A stretch of 64,000 nt of DNA from Owenia fusiformis (Eukaryota): positions 45,384,001 through 45,448,000 of the forward strand of contig CAIIXF020000001.1 in the NCBI GenBank assembly GCA_903813345.2, written 5' to 3'. Below the pieces are notes generated by a model that saw nothing but the letters and a program-made list of their open reading frames with translations, had not been told where the DNA came from and did no database searches. Below are positions 40,711 to 51,994 of this stretch, piece by piece. The position numbers and the translations under genes are program-made. Position 1 is the stretch's first letter; each line of letters starts with the position of its first letter.

Positions 40711-41453
40711 CGTCCCCATATAAAGTTTAAACCACTTTGACTTATATTGTAGTCTTACCCAATGTTATCAAAGTGTGATTTGTGAAACTTTTTTTTTTTA
40801 TTTCAAAAAGTGGTTTTTGATAGACTTTTTGTTCCAAAATTTGTGAATTTATTTAAAACTAACTTTTAGAGGTCACACATATCTTTTAATTAGCCACAAT
40901 TCATACCAATGCATAGCATTCATCCTCGCATGTTTTTCAAAATTTTAGTTCTCATAGAAACCAATGGTACAATGATATCTAAAACATAATATATTCTTCC
41001 TTTTAACCTGGTTAGACAATCAACATTGGTTTATTATTGAAGTCTAGCATATTCAGAAAAGATTGACATCGAAAAAAAAATTTCAATTTTTTCAAAAAGT
41101 TTTTGCTACCTTAGTGACATCACTAATGTTTAAAAATATTTTTGATATGCTAAAACATTGAAGTGGCCCATTAAATATGGCATTTTATTATTGAAATAGC
41201 GTGTCCTTTGTTCAATCTTTGCATTGATGTTAAAAAGATAATCTTTTTTGAAATGCATTAAGAAATATTTGATGATTAAAAAATTTCAATTTTTTTTAAA
41301 AATGGCGGGAAATTTGAATATTTGAGGAATGAAATGCTCACAACTTTTTTTTCAAAAAAAATCTTTTCTTCAAAAGTCTCTAAAATAACTTTTTAAGTGA
41401 TGAGAAATAGTAAATGAATGATAAAAAAATATTTTCAAACTGTAGACGGGGAC
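40711..41453. mobile_element. TTAA-flanked MITE (Kolobok-like)
   Basis: TTAA at 40707-40710 and 41454-41457. Imperfect TIR GTCCCCATATAAAGTTT / AAACTGTAGACGGGGAC. A second partial copy lies at 20342. Confidence 0.65.
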
Positions 41454-41904
41454 TTAAAGCGAGATTGCAATTTTACAGAGAAGGTTCTTTTGTCAATTTT
41501 CTTTGTTATTTTGTCCATCGACAAAAACACTGGTGATCCACTCGATTACGCTGGTTCGTTTCGGTAACAAAATGTCGTAACATCGAAGGTACGATTTTTC
41601 TTTTTTCCTTATTTCACACGTTGTAGGCAGAATTCCCACGACATTTTTATCACAATCGTGTATCAGTATCATATGTTTAAGAAAATGTACATATTTGCGA
41701 ACAAAAAGTTCAGAAGACAACAGAATCGTCGATTTAATTCCTCACCTTTAGTTACATAAACGGTATTTCGAAAAACAGTTAAGATCTGCACTTTTAACCC
41801 GTACCGTTTATGTAACTAAAAGCTTAATTGTACATACAGTAACCTAACAGTTTTGCTGTTGTCAATAAAGAATTTCTACAAAATTATCTGTATTTACATA
41901 CACT

Positions 41905-42720
41905 ATCAGGTCATATCAAGAATATCGCGTCATTTTACCACGTGCTTTTTTATTGTTTATGTCAAGGTTTATGTGAATAATTATATGACGTCACAACTAG
42001 ATTATCCAATCACGTCAATGATATACTTGTTCATTTCCCCGGGAACTTTCGGGGAAATAAGTAGAAAATAGGTTAACTAACATGACACCTTAGCAGTAAT
42101 GAAGATAAGAAACTATTGACCAAAAAGGTAAAATGAGCTCCTTTCAAATGGCAGATCGCTAAATAAAACGGGGCGTCGTAATTAAGCAATTTTCAATATT
42201 TAAGGCTGCTATGTAATCAACAGAATTATAATTGGCCATTTGATAAACGACCTATTTTGATTTTCTGGGGGAAGCTTATTTTTTAAACCCCAAGTATTGA
42301 TCTTTTTTCTACTATGTAAGATTAATCTAGATCTTCCTATAACCGTTTCGAGTAAATTCTGATTTTAACAAATTTCTTTTTTACAGCCAGTTAAAGACGT
42401 TGAATTTGGCCATTTTCACCATGTTTTCACAAAAACTATGACGTCACGCTACTGCTCTCCATACAAAGTGATTTCAAAACACGTTTTTTTCTGGGGGAAG
42501 CTTATTTTTTAACGTTGGGAATTCAATTTTTTCACTATGTTACTCATAATAGTGTCATGTATAATATGCCATTTCGAGTAAATTCTAATTCGTAAATTAT
42601 CACATACTTTATTCACTTTTTAAGAATTCCTATAGTAATTTCCCATTGACAATAATCTGTGACGTCATATGTCAGAATTTATGTTAATGATCAAATGACG
42701 TGATATTCTTGATATGTTAA
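41905..42720. repeat. Decayed element with inverted arms and an internal ~225-bp direct duplication
   Basis: CATATCAAGAATATCRCGTCATTT is inverted between about 41912 and 42700. TTTTCTGGGGGAAGCTTATTTTTTAA and TTTCGAGTAAATTCT each occur twice (about 42261/42487 and 42346/42572). Confidence 0.55.
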
Positions 42721-43155
42721 ATTCTAAGTGCATTTTCCTTGTAACATGAACCATATTCATATGGTTATTCTCATTGCGCAGCTGAAGAGGTGCTCAATAA
42801 GAGTACAGGTCATTCCCAACATTTTATATTAAACTGCTTATCAGCCGCAATTAAATATACTAATCATACAAAGGAACGTCTCCTTTGGACCACGTGTTAA
42901 AACCTGATGACGTTTGGCGATTGGTTAAACTGATCAAAGAGATCTTTAATTAAAAATCAAACATTGAAAGTCTTTATGATGGGCAATCCGTTTGAGGAAA
43001 TGTAGTAAATGTCTCCTGCATGATAAATTGTAAAAATTGTTCATAAAAAACGCTTAAATCATATCTCAACTAAAATACAATAATAAAGTGAAATACAACA
43101 ACAATAATCAAAGTGAAATACAATAAATAACATTAACCAATGTGAAAAAAACTAA

Positions 43156-44124
43156 TCAAAGTGTAACGTCTGTTCTTACGAAGATAACATCAAGTCCATC
43201 CGCTTCAGCTTCTTCTCTATCAGCCTTTGTAGATATGGGCACGATCGCATGTTCCCTGTATTTGCCAGTCCCTTCGAAAAATTCTCGTAGTTTATTGAGC
43301 TTAGCCAAACTTCCCTTTTTGTTGATGTTTACATTATCAGAGAGTCTGTACTCAACGGATATGACCTTGATGATTATTTTATCCATTGGGATTGTTAGTA
43401 AGATTTCAAGTTCAGGCCCCTCAACATCCAAACTGAAATAGTCTATTTCTGTTCGGCCCATTGCCAACAAAATCGAGTGAAATGGAAAACATTGGACAGT
43501 CACCTCCTTCTGGGCATGTTGTCTGATAAACTTCATATGCGTCTCATCCATTTTTTCCGATAACCCTCCGAATAAACCAACAGGTTTAAATTTCAGTCTA
43601 CTAGTGTCTGTAGAGACACTAAGGCATGCATTGATGGAGTGTACCCGTCTGCCTTTGCTTAGTAAAAGCTGGTAATAATCTGGGTTAGCCTCTACTAACA
43701 GACCAGACCATCGACGTTCTTTTTCCAGGAATATTGTGTTAGAGAAGGCCTCCCCTTCCGCTGCCCCACATTCCACAAAAAATCCACCCTTTTTCTTTTT
43801 GAATAATTTGTCCACAACTGCAGCCTGACCAAATTGAGAATAGTCCACCTTCTTTTCATGAAAATTATACCCAATCCTCGAAGGACCCACTATCCAACGT
43901 TGGCGTATATATCGTATAAATCTAGGATCTTCAATTTGTTTGTATCCATTTAAATATCCATGTACCTCATCGGCGTAAAACTCCTCGATGTGTGCTAACT
44001 GAATATGTTTCTGTGGTTTACTGGTGTTTTTGGATGTAGCATTCATCAGTATGAAAAATAGCACAGTAACTATTGTCATTGGTAAAGCCACCCTTTTAAT
44101 GAATAACCTCATTTTATCGTTCAT
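43156..44124 (-). CDS. FkbM-family (Methyltransf_21) SAM-dependent methyltransferase-like, protein Star-like, type II membrane protein, about 322 aa
   Basis: Single coding exon with an N-terminal anchor VALPMTIVTVLFFILM. Motifs YSQFGQ, GFFVECGAAEGEAFSNT, WSGLLVEANP, VQCFPFHSIL, IDYFSLDVEGPELEIL. The ATG at 44124 follows a splice acceptor (tttacatttag|acaaATG), suggesting a 5' UTR intron. Confidence 0.92.
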   Translation of the reverse strand: MNDKMRLFIKRVALPMTIVTVLFFILMNATSKNTSKPQKHIQLAHIEEFYADEVHGYLNGYKQIEDPRFIRYIRQRWIVGPSRIGYNFHEKKVDYSQFGQAAVVDKLFKKKKGGFFVECGAAEGEAFSNTIFLEKERRWSGLLVEANPDYYQLLLSKGRRVHSINACLSVSTDTSRLKFKPVGLFGGLSEKMDETHMKFIRQHAQKEVTVQCFPFHSILLAMGRTEIDYFSLDVEGPELEILLTIPMDKIIIKVISVEYRLSDNVNINKKGSLAKLNKLREFFEGTGKYREHAIVPISTKADREEAEADGLDVIFVRTDVTL

Positions 44125-44792
44125 TTGTCTAAATGTAAATATGTATCTCAAAGTGTCTCCTGTTTGATACAAAGACACTTTATACTGAAACAAACGTGTC
44201 CGCGCGAATTTGTTTAAATATAATTATTTTTAAAGCAATATGCTCGAGGCATTGATGAAAAATATCATTATTAACTGTTAGTGCTATTAGACTATTTCAT
44301 CATTGTAAACTATAGCCAATAAAAGTATTAATTTGAAATCATAGTTAAACTGCCCGAAGAAATAATTATTTAATGCACGTGTACATAGATATTTTTGTGA
44401 TGTGGTGATGTAGTAAATAAATAGAGCTTTGTGTCTAAATACATCTATTGATTTTCTTTAAATCATAACAGATTCAACAATCAACAATTCGCACCAACAT
44501 GACAACATGTAACCATCTAGTTGCTCATGATATTATAAGTTCAAATCTAAGTCAGATTCGAACTTCTGGCAACTTGGCTGATATTGAAAAAGATTAGTCA
44601 ATTTAAAGCAAGTTGAAAGAATACCTAATAGGTCTAATCTCAAATCTTAAGTCAGATTTGAACTTCTGAGAACTTGTCTAGGTAGATGATTTTGAATAAA
44701 GGTTAAGTCAGTCTAAACAGACGCCGACCGCCAAACACCAACTGCCGTCAAACAATTTGAAACCATTCACTTTTGGTGTGACATAACAAATA

Positions 44793-45685
44793 CAGGGTGT
44801 TAAAAAAAGCAACCAAAAGAAATCGCTATATCTTGGAAAATACTAATCCAATTATGTTCATATTTTCAGGAAAGAAAGACGAGACTGTGTATGTATAGCC
44901 ACTGTTGTTAGTTAGTTGTAAAACATGATGTCTTGGACACTTGCTCAAAAGACAGTTGTACTAGCAAAATAAGAAAAAACGTGAATGGAAAATCACTTTA
45001 TCTTGGAAAATACCAATTCAATTATGTCCATTTTTTCAGGAAAAGAAAGAAGAGAATATGTATGTATAGCTCCTGTTGTCAGTAAGTTGTAAAACATGAT
45101 GCCTTGAACACCTGCTCAAATGACAGTTGTACTAGGAAAATATGAAAACGCAGTCAGGGGTGACTCTCACAGCAATAAAACCAAATAACTTTCTAACCAT
45201 AGTGTTTTGGCACTTCAGATTTGGCACAAAGTAACCTCATTCAATGTGTGGTGAATTTGAGGAGTTTAATCAAAATCACTCCAGGGACTTTACAGTCATG
45301 GTCAATATGCCTTGAACTGAACCAGGGCGTTTGATTGCGATTTGAAAGCATTTTGACTATGACTGTAAAGTCCCTGAAGTGATTTTGATTTCCCTATACA
45401 GATTGACCATACAGTAAATGAAGATGATTTGTGCCTTTGAAGAGCCAAAACACTATGGTTAGAAAGTTATTTAGTTTATTTCAGTCACCCCTGACTGCGT
45501 TTTTCGTATTTTCCTAGTACAACTGTCTTTTGAGCAGGTGTCCAAGGCATGATGTTTTACAACTAACCATTTACAGTAGCTATACATACACAGTCTCTTC
45601 TTTATTTCCTGAAAATATTAACATAATTGAACCAGTATTCTTCAAGATATAGCTATTTCTTTGGGTTGCGTTTTTTAACACCCTG
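44793..45685. mobile_element. Tc1/mariner-derived foldback MITE, TA TSD
   Basis: TA|CAGGGTGTTAAAAAA...TTTTTTAACACCCTG|TA. The arms are complementary almost to the centre (about 45330), and the left arm has an extra ~168-bp duplication. Confidence 0.92.
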
Positions 45686-46448
45686 TAGTAATAAAAACTT
45701 AAATCTTTTCCTAAAATACCAATGCTTAGGAAACATTGCTCAACTAGAAAGCGCAGGGTGAGTTTAATATTTAGGGTCAATGCATTTCTTAATTTCTAAA
45801 AGGCAATTGCTACACGTCCATTTTTTCAAGCTCTAGTATGTACAGAATGAACGCTGCACAATAATAACAACAAAGATGCTATAACTTGCACCTTACAGTT
45901 TATTCTGATTTCCTAAAAATTGGCGCTGAGCCCTTTTAAATGTGACTATAAATACCAATTCTTTTGCCGAGTTTCAGTTAAATAACTAGCAGCCTTATAA
46001 AATATAAGGTGGATCGGATGGATGTCGACCCTCCGATACGTTTATGGACTTCGAGACGGATTTTGTCTGTCCCACATCATTTGAGATTGAAAAGCCCACG
46101 TATAAGTATCTACAACTATTCTTGAGGTTATGAGTATTAGTTTATCAATTTACATTCTTCACCATATATTGCAATGACTTTTGTCAAATGAAATGTGCCA
46201 TGGTGATGGTAACTTAAACCTCACAATTGAAACCATCTATATTTCTTGGTATCATTTGCTGGAATTACACCATGCGTTTTAGAAGGGCGCCTGAGGTTTT
46301 AACCCTGTTAAAAACAGGTGTATTGCGGTTTTACACGAACGCTTTTCCAAAACCCCTAGATCCCAAGTCACTAGATCTGAAAACGCCTTAAATCATCAGG
46401 CGCTTTAGGAGTGTAGTGTAATACCGATCGGTTTTTGTAAAACGCCTG

Positions 46449-46815
46449 ACCCCATTCTGATACTCATAGCATCTTTCTGTTTCACCTGAAACATGCTCTG
46501 ATATTATGAGGCATATTCTGTGATCTGAGCACATCAGATGGGAAGAGTTATAACTGTCAATAAGTATGATAGTTATCATGTAATCATTTACCTAATGTCA
46601 ATACATTACATAATAGGCATTGTATTTAACAGCAGATATTAGCACAGGCACGTGTACACAAGTTTAATGACCCCAATTAAATGAAATATGAGCTGGGATG
46701 AAAGATCTCAACAATCCTCAATTTTGGGCTCTCCTGGATCGCCAAATCAAGCTCATTATATCATGGCATCTCAGGGCTGAGAAAAAATGAGATGTCATGG
46801 ATTATCATGATGGCC
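46449..46815. mobile_element. About 365-bp MITE of the same family as 37212-37680
   Basis: Short TIR CCATTCTGATA / TATCATGATGG with TGA on both flanks (possible Harbinger-type 3-bp TSD). Confidence 0.65.
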
Positions 46816-47633
46816 TGACCCGGGTTTCTACCATTTGCCCTAAACGAAATAAGACGTATTTCGAATGCTACACATTTGGGTCACCGCAAAAATACAAGAA
46901 ATGATGGATTGGATCCAAAAAGTGCAATAGGTCATCAAATCATATCGCAAAATTTAAAGTAAGTTCAAATCACTGTTCTAGCTTCGATTACGTTTTCTCT
47001 TAGATGCTAAAAGAATAATTATTGTTGATGTACACATCTGCTGGATTTTCTCCTACATGTATCTACATCGTTAAAAGTGCACGAAAGGCGTTTTAGAAAT
47101 GACAGGTGTAAATCCAAAATAAAATTCCCGAGGCGCTTTAGAAATCAGGATGGCGATTTTGTAAAGCGCTTTCCATTGAAGCGCTTTTTGCGTTTTTTCT
47201 TGTATAATTCCACCAATGACTTTTGTCAAATGAAATAGCCCTTGTTGATATAGTAACCTCATATCGGAATTACATGAATTGTGCATATGGGAATTCATAC
47301 AGGGGAGTGTTGTGGAGAGAGAAGCATTTTATTTACAATGACAATGTATTTTATACTACAAGCATTTTATTAGAACATATCTTGTTTAAATAAACTATTC
47401 ATTACGTAGTTATGTACAAACATTTGAAATGAATAATAGTAGAAAATTGTATATATACAGCAAGGTATGTGGTTAAGATGTGTCCTGTCAACCACAAAAT
47501 ATTGTCTCATTCTATCGACACCATGTAGTTTTCCAAGTGTATGTATGAATCATTCATCTTTATTTGTTTATCCTAAAGAACAACAAACGTATCATTAATA
47601 TACTACAAAACATTAAGATATAAAATGTTTATT

Positions 47634-49538
47634 TCATAGTTTCCAACTATAGTCGTGATGATGGTCTATCCTGTATAAACCATGTTCTGGTGTTAAATGA
47701 GGCATATGCACGTGATCAAGGTGCATGTGACCTGGTTGTTGTCGATGTTCATGACTTCCATTTTCACTGTGATGTCCATGGTGTGTATCATGGTGTACTT
47801 TAGCGTAGTGATGACCTGTATCCTCTATATCTTCGTCGTACATCTGGGTACGAGGTAAAAGTCCCCTAGACTTTGTATTGTTAATATTAGCTGAATCTCT
47901 AGATTTTTGGCTACTTCTTGAGGCTCTTTCGTCTTCATCGTTGACGTTTCTACTGGTTCTACTGGCGTGACTTATATGGCTTATTCCACTACTCTCCTCA
48001 TCATGTTCAGAAGGCTGTCTCTGTAAGACTGGCATACTTCTAGACTCCGTTACTCTTTGATTGTGTCTTTTGTCTTTATCTGGGGCAAACACTCTGTCAA
48101 TGTGGCCATCTTCGAGTGGCTTGGCGTATTGTGAGTTGTACAATTGAGACACAGTTGGTGCCATGTGTTGATGAGGTGCTGCACCCGCTAGTTTGTCGTT
48201 TCGCTGTTTCTTGGACTTTGCACGTCGAACAGTTTCCTGGCGCCTGTACAAGAGCATCGGAATGTTGGGCTCTATACCAGCTTTTTTCAGATTCCTGAAA
48301 TGGATGATTTTGTCAATAAACTTGGATAGGGCTGTTTAATCGATGCAAATAGCTAAAAAACTCGAATGGAATACTACTTAATTCATTTAGGGATGAATAA
48401 GTATAATTGATGAAGACACTGTATTAACTGTATTAACCCATAGGACCAAAGACGACAAAGAACCCGTATGCTATTTGAATGTTATTACAGAATGTTTCAA
48501 ACCTGTACTTCCTGTAAGTCACAATGGCAATGACCATAACTATCACTGCAAGTGTAATGGCAAACATTATCCCCGTCCAGGTCCAAATCTCCATTGGTAT
48601 AGGAAGTGTCGCCGTGTCTGTATCTGTACTATCTGTTACATTTAGTTTTGGTTTTGAGAAGCTTTCATCGAGTTTATCATCTCTTGTTGATTCGGGTTTG
48701 GGTTGTTTTGTAGTTGGTATACTACTTGATGTTTGCACAGTGGGCAATGCTTCGGTTGGCTTAGTTCTGGATTCTGGGTAGAACGGTAATTTAGGGTATG
48801 TTGGGTAGGTCCCTTCAATATGATCAGGGTCCTCTGTTGGTGGGTACCATTCCCATTCAGGGGGATCTGTGAAGTCCCATATATCTGTCGGAACAATTTG
48901 ACCTCCTTGTCTTTCTGTTGGCCTATTGGCTCCTCTACCACCTGGTTCAAACCCAGCCTCATCTGTGATAGGAGGGGGAATGGGAAGGGGCGCTGTAGCT
49001 TTCTCAAGGTAATCCGTGTTATCGAAGGCATCACAAGTGGCATGATATATTGTCGCAAGGTATGGATCTATGCACCCTTGAAAGCCTTCGCCATTTGCAA
49101 ACATTAAACCATTCTGACAGAGGCAGAGACACGGTGTAGCATGTGGTGGGCAGCTATAGAACACCTGACATAGATAAGGGTCTGGAAACTGCCCTACTCC
49201 AGTACAACTATACTCAAATGGATGGTCGTTCGAATGGTAGCATACGCCATTTCCCTTTGGTCCAATACAAATATCTGCAGTATCGTTTTTGTTTACCTCT
49301 GAAAGAATAAATGTATACATCAATCACACAAATCAGGCATCAAAACATTCGTTTCTTTTTTTATGAAGTTCTGTTCACATGAAGTACCCAAGAATACTTA
49401 TTCAATAACCCGTTGCAATTAATAAACACACCTACATTCTACATTAATCTAAATAAATTATTTACCTTGTTGGCCAAATGTCAGCTTTAAATTGATGACC
49501 GCCAATAACCATATCAGGGCATAGCTGATGTCAGCCAT
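47634..49538 (-). CDS. Type I membrane protein with chitin-binding type-2 (peritrophin-A/CBM14)-like domain, Pro/Thr stalk and His-rich cytoplasmic tail; 3 exons, 509 aa
   Basis: Exons 49538-49466 (signal peptide MADISYALIWLLAVINLKLTFG), 49298-48503 and 48294-47634. GT-AG introns with matching phases (1, 2); total 1530 nt. Motif C...FPDPYLCQVFYSC...CQNGLMF...C...C. TM segment IWTWTGIMFAITLAVIVMVIAIVTY is followed by RKYR. Confidence 0.88.
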
Positions 49539-51994
49539 GTTTGAGTCTGTGCAGTTATGTTGTAATTATTTCAACTGGCTTTACATGTCTGGTTTCTTGC
49601 TAAATTGTGTTTTAATCCAAATGGTTCCTAACGTCACAATGCATTCTTAAGTTCACCTTTTGTATACCATCCAAACAGTAATGGCTTGGCTGAATATGTG
49701 AATATGAGACGAATGGGCCCTTATACAAGTTTAAGATTTACATGTTTCTAAATTGTATCTACAATACTTGCTAATTGAACAATAAGAGTTATATTAATTG
49801 TGTTGATGTTAAGAGGGTATGGTAAAAACAAAGGTGAGCGTTATGTGTGTTTCTAACTGACATTTATGGGCTTTAGATTGCTAAGGGGAAAATACAAGAG
49901 ACGTTGGGTCAAGCTTTTTACAGGGATTGTCTGTAATGTATATGGAGTAAACTTCAACAAACTAAAGAGAAATGAAAAGAATGGTGTTTTACATTTCACA
50001 CTTCACATTTCACCCCGAGGGTAAACTGTTTTAAAATCAAAAGTATAAAAATATATATTACTCTCTTTTAAATATGACAATAATAACTGTATATTCTTTC
50101 GTGTGTTAATGGATCTAGCATCCTCTGAGATATAACTAAATACAATCAAATGAATGCCAAAATACGTTGTTGACGCAATTCCTGAAACAAGAATCGAGGA
50201 GAATCCTCTTAATTCTCAAGGAAGGAGGGAATCCGGCGGGCCAACTGAGAATTCTAAATTTTAGAAAAAGTATTGAGAGTTCAAAAGTGCCATACATGAC
50301 CTTGCTGTCTGACAAATATGTACGTGTATCTACAAACAGTCTGATGACTTCATACCAAAGATAGATCCCCCTGAGATGAAATTTTTTTATATATACGTTA
50401 CATAGCCATGCCACCGAAAAGCTAGGGGAAGGGAACAAGGAAGGCCTAGCGTCCATAAGAAAAGGAAATGCGCTGCTGAGCTGCAATTTTATCACAATAA
50501 CATAACTCGAAGTGATTACGTCCTCATGGACTTCTTTCGTTTTAGTAAGATAAGAAGAGGGTATTTTAGTTTAGAACTGTGATCCTTAGTGTTCACACAC
50601 ACACCTAGCCTTTGCCATAGATGTAAACTCAGTGTTGATCTGGTAACTCAATCTAGGGATAAAAAGATCCAAATAACTTGTCCAATCGAAATACTCTTTA
50701 GTTAAAAATAGATTTATTTTTGTATAATTACTATTCTTACATTTTGATTACATTATCCTATTATACATTTTAGGTTTCACAATCATTGTGAATAGTCTTA
50801 CAAAATGAGGAAACGTTTACAACTATACTTTTAGTCACACATGGTGAGTTAAAGGAATGTCATGATGCTAGATTCATACATTAAGATCTGTTTTATTAAA
50901 GAGAAATACCAGTATCACATATTATCTTCTTCTTACATCATATATATATATATATACGTGAACCTATTTTACAGTTTTCTTTTAAAGTAAGCCACCATGA
51001 ATATGAGTAAAAGCAGCCCCAAGCTTTGATGCATCTCATATGTGTGCAGTTATGATCGCAATTCTATGTATCACACATCATTTTGTTATCGCGATCGTTA
51101 TCCTACTCTGTTGAACGGTGGATGGAATTTTATACATATTTTTACAGTTTAAATTATTTGGTATCGTTCAATACTATGTTAATTTTGTGTCCAGTGTGCA
51201 GTGCAATTTAAGATACATCTTCAACTATGCACTTTTATTTAGAATTCCCAATATATACATCACACACATAAAGTGTATTGTATTCTTTTTATATATAAAA
51301 GTATTGAGGTATAGCTGAATCGCATTTGCCGTACACTCAAACCTCTTCATAATAATTTCAATCTCAGTGTTCTGCTCAAAGTTCTTAAATATATATCACA
51401 TTTTAATCCTTTTAAATGTTCACTCTGAAATTCTCATTGAGCTGGAATGATACATAAAGGCAGAATCATATCTACAGGGGAACCAGAATTCCAAGCAACG
51501 TGTACAATTGGCCAATCAATCAATTCCTTACAATATTAAATATAATATCCCAAACGATCCATGGTGTGTTATAAGTTGGTGAAGTTTTTAAGGATCCAAA
51601 GTGTAAAAATGACGGGGAATGTTTGGATTCTCCCAGTAAAAATGATTACCATAATTATAGAAAAATAATACAAATCTTTCCGAATTCCTAGAAAATAGAC
51701 ATAACAAGAAATGATATGAGCCAAAAATATTTAAAATCAGAAACATTTCTTTATTTAGCTCACTAGATATGATTCTCCCTTTAACATTTCTACAATGATG
51801 ATCATCATCATGATTTATATACCCGAAAGTCTTCAAGAATACGCTGAATCTAAACTATGAATATATGGTAAAATACCACTTTGATTTGAGTGAGTAGTTT
51901 TCTTGGATAAATTACCAACATGATATCCATAAAAGATATTTTTGTCATCCCTTTAGACAAATAACATTAAATTCATCAATATATTCAAGAATTT

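Noticed and set aside
42775..42830. Hammerhead-ribozyme-like CTGAAGAG-GTGCTC-AATAA-GAGTAC-AGGTC
   Set aside because: A stem II-like hairpin is present, but the GAAA core is absent and stem I cannot be formed.
44125..44193. N-terminal extension of the FkbM ORF in the ORF track
   Set aside because: Begins at a non-ATG codon and spans a likely splice acceptor; the ATG at 44124 (or 44112) is preferred.
50341..50385. CTGATGA...GAAA hammerhead candidate
   Set aside because: No valid stem II closing pair and no stems I or III.
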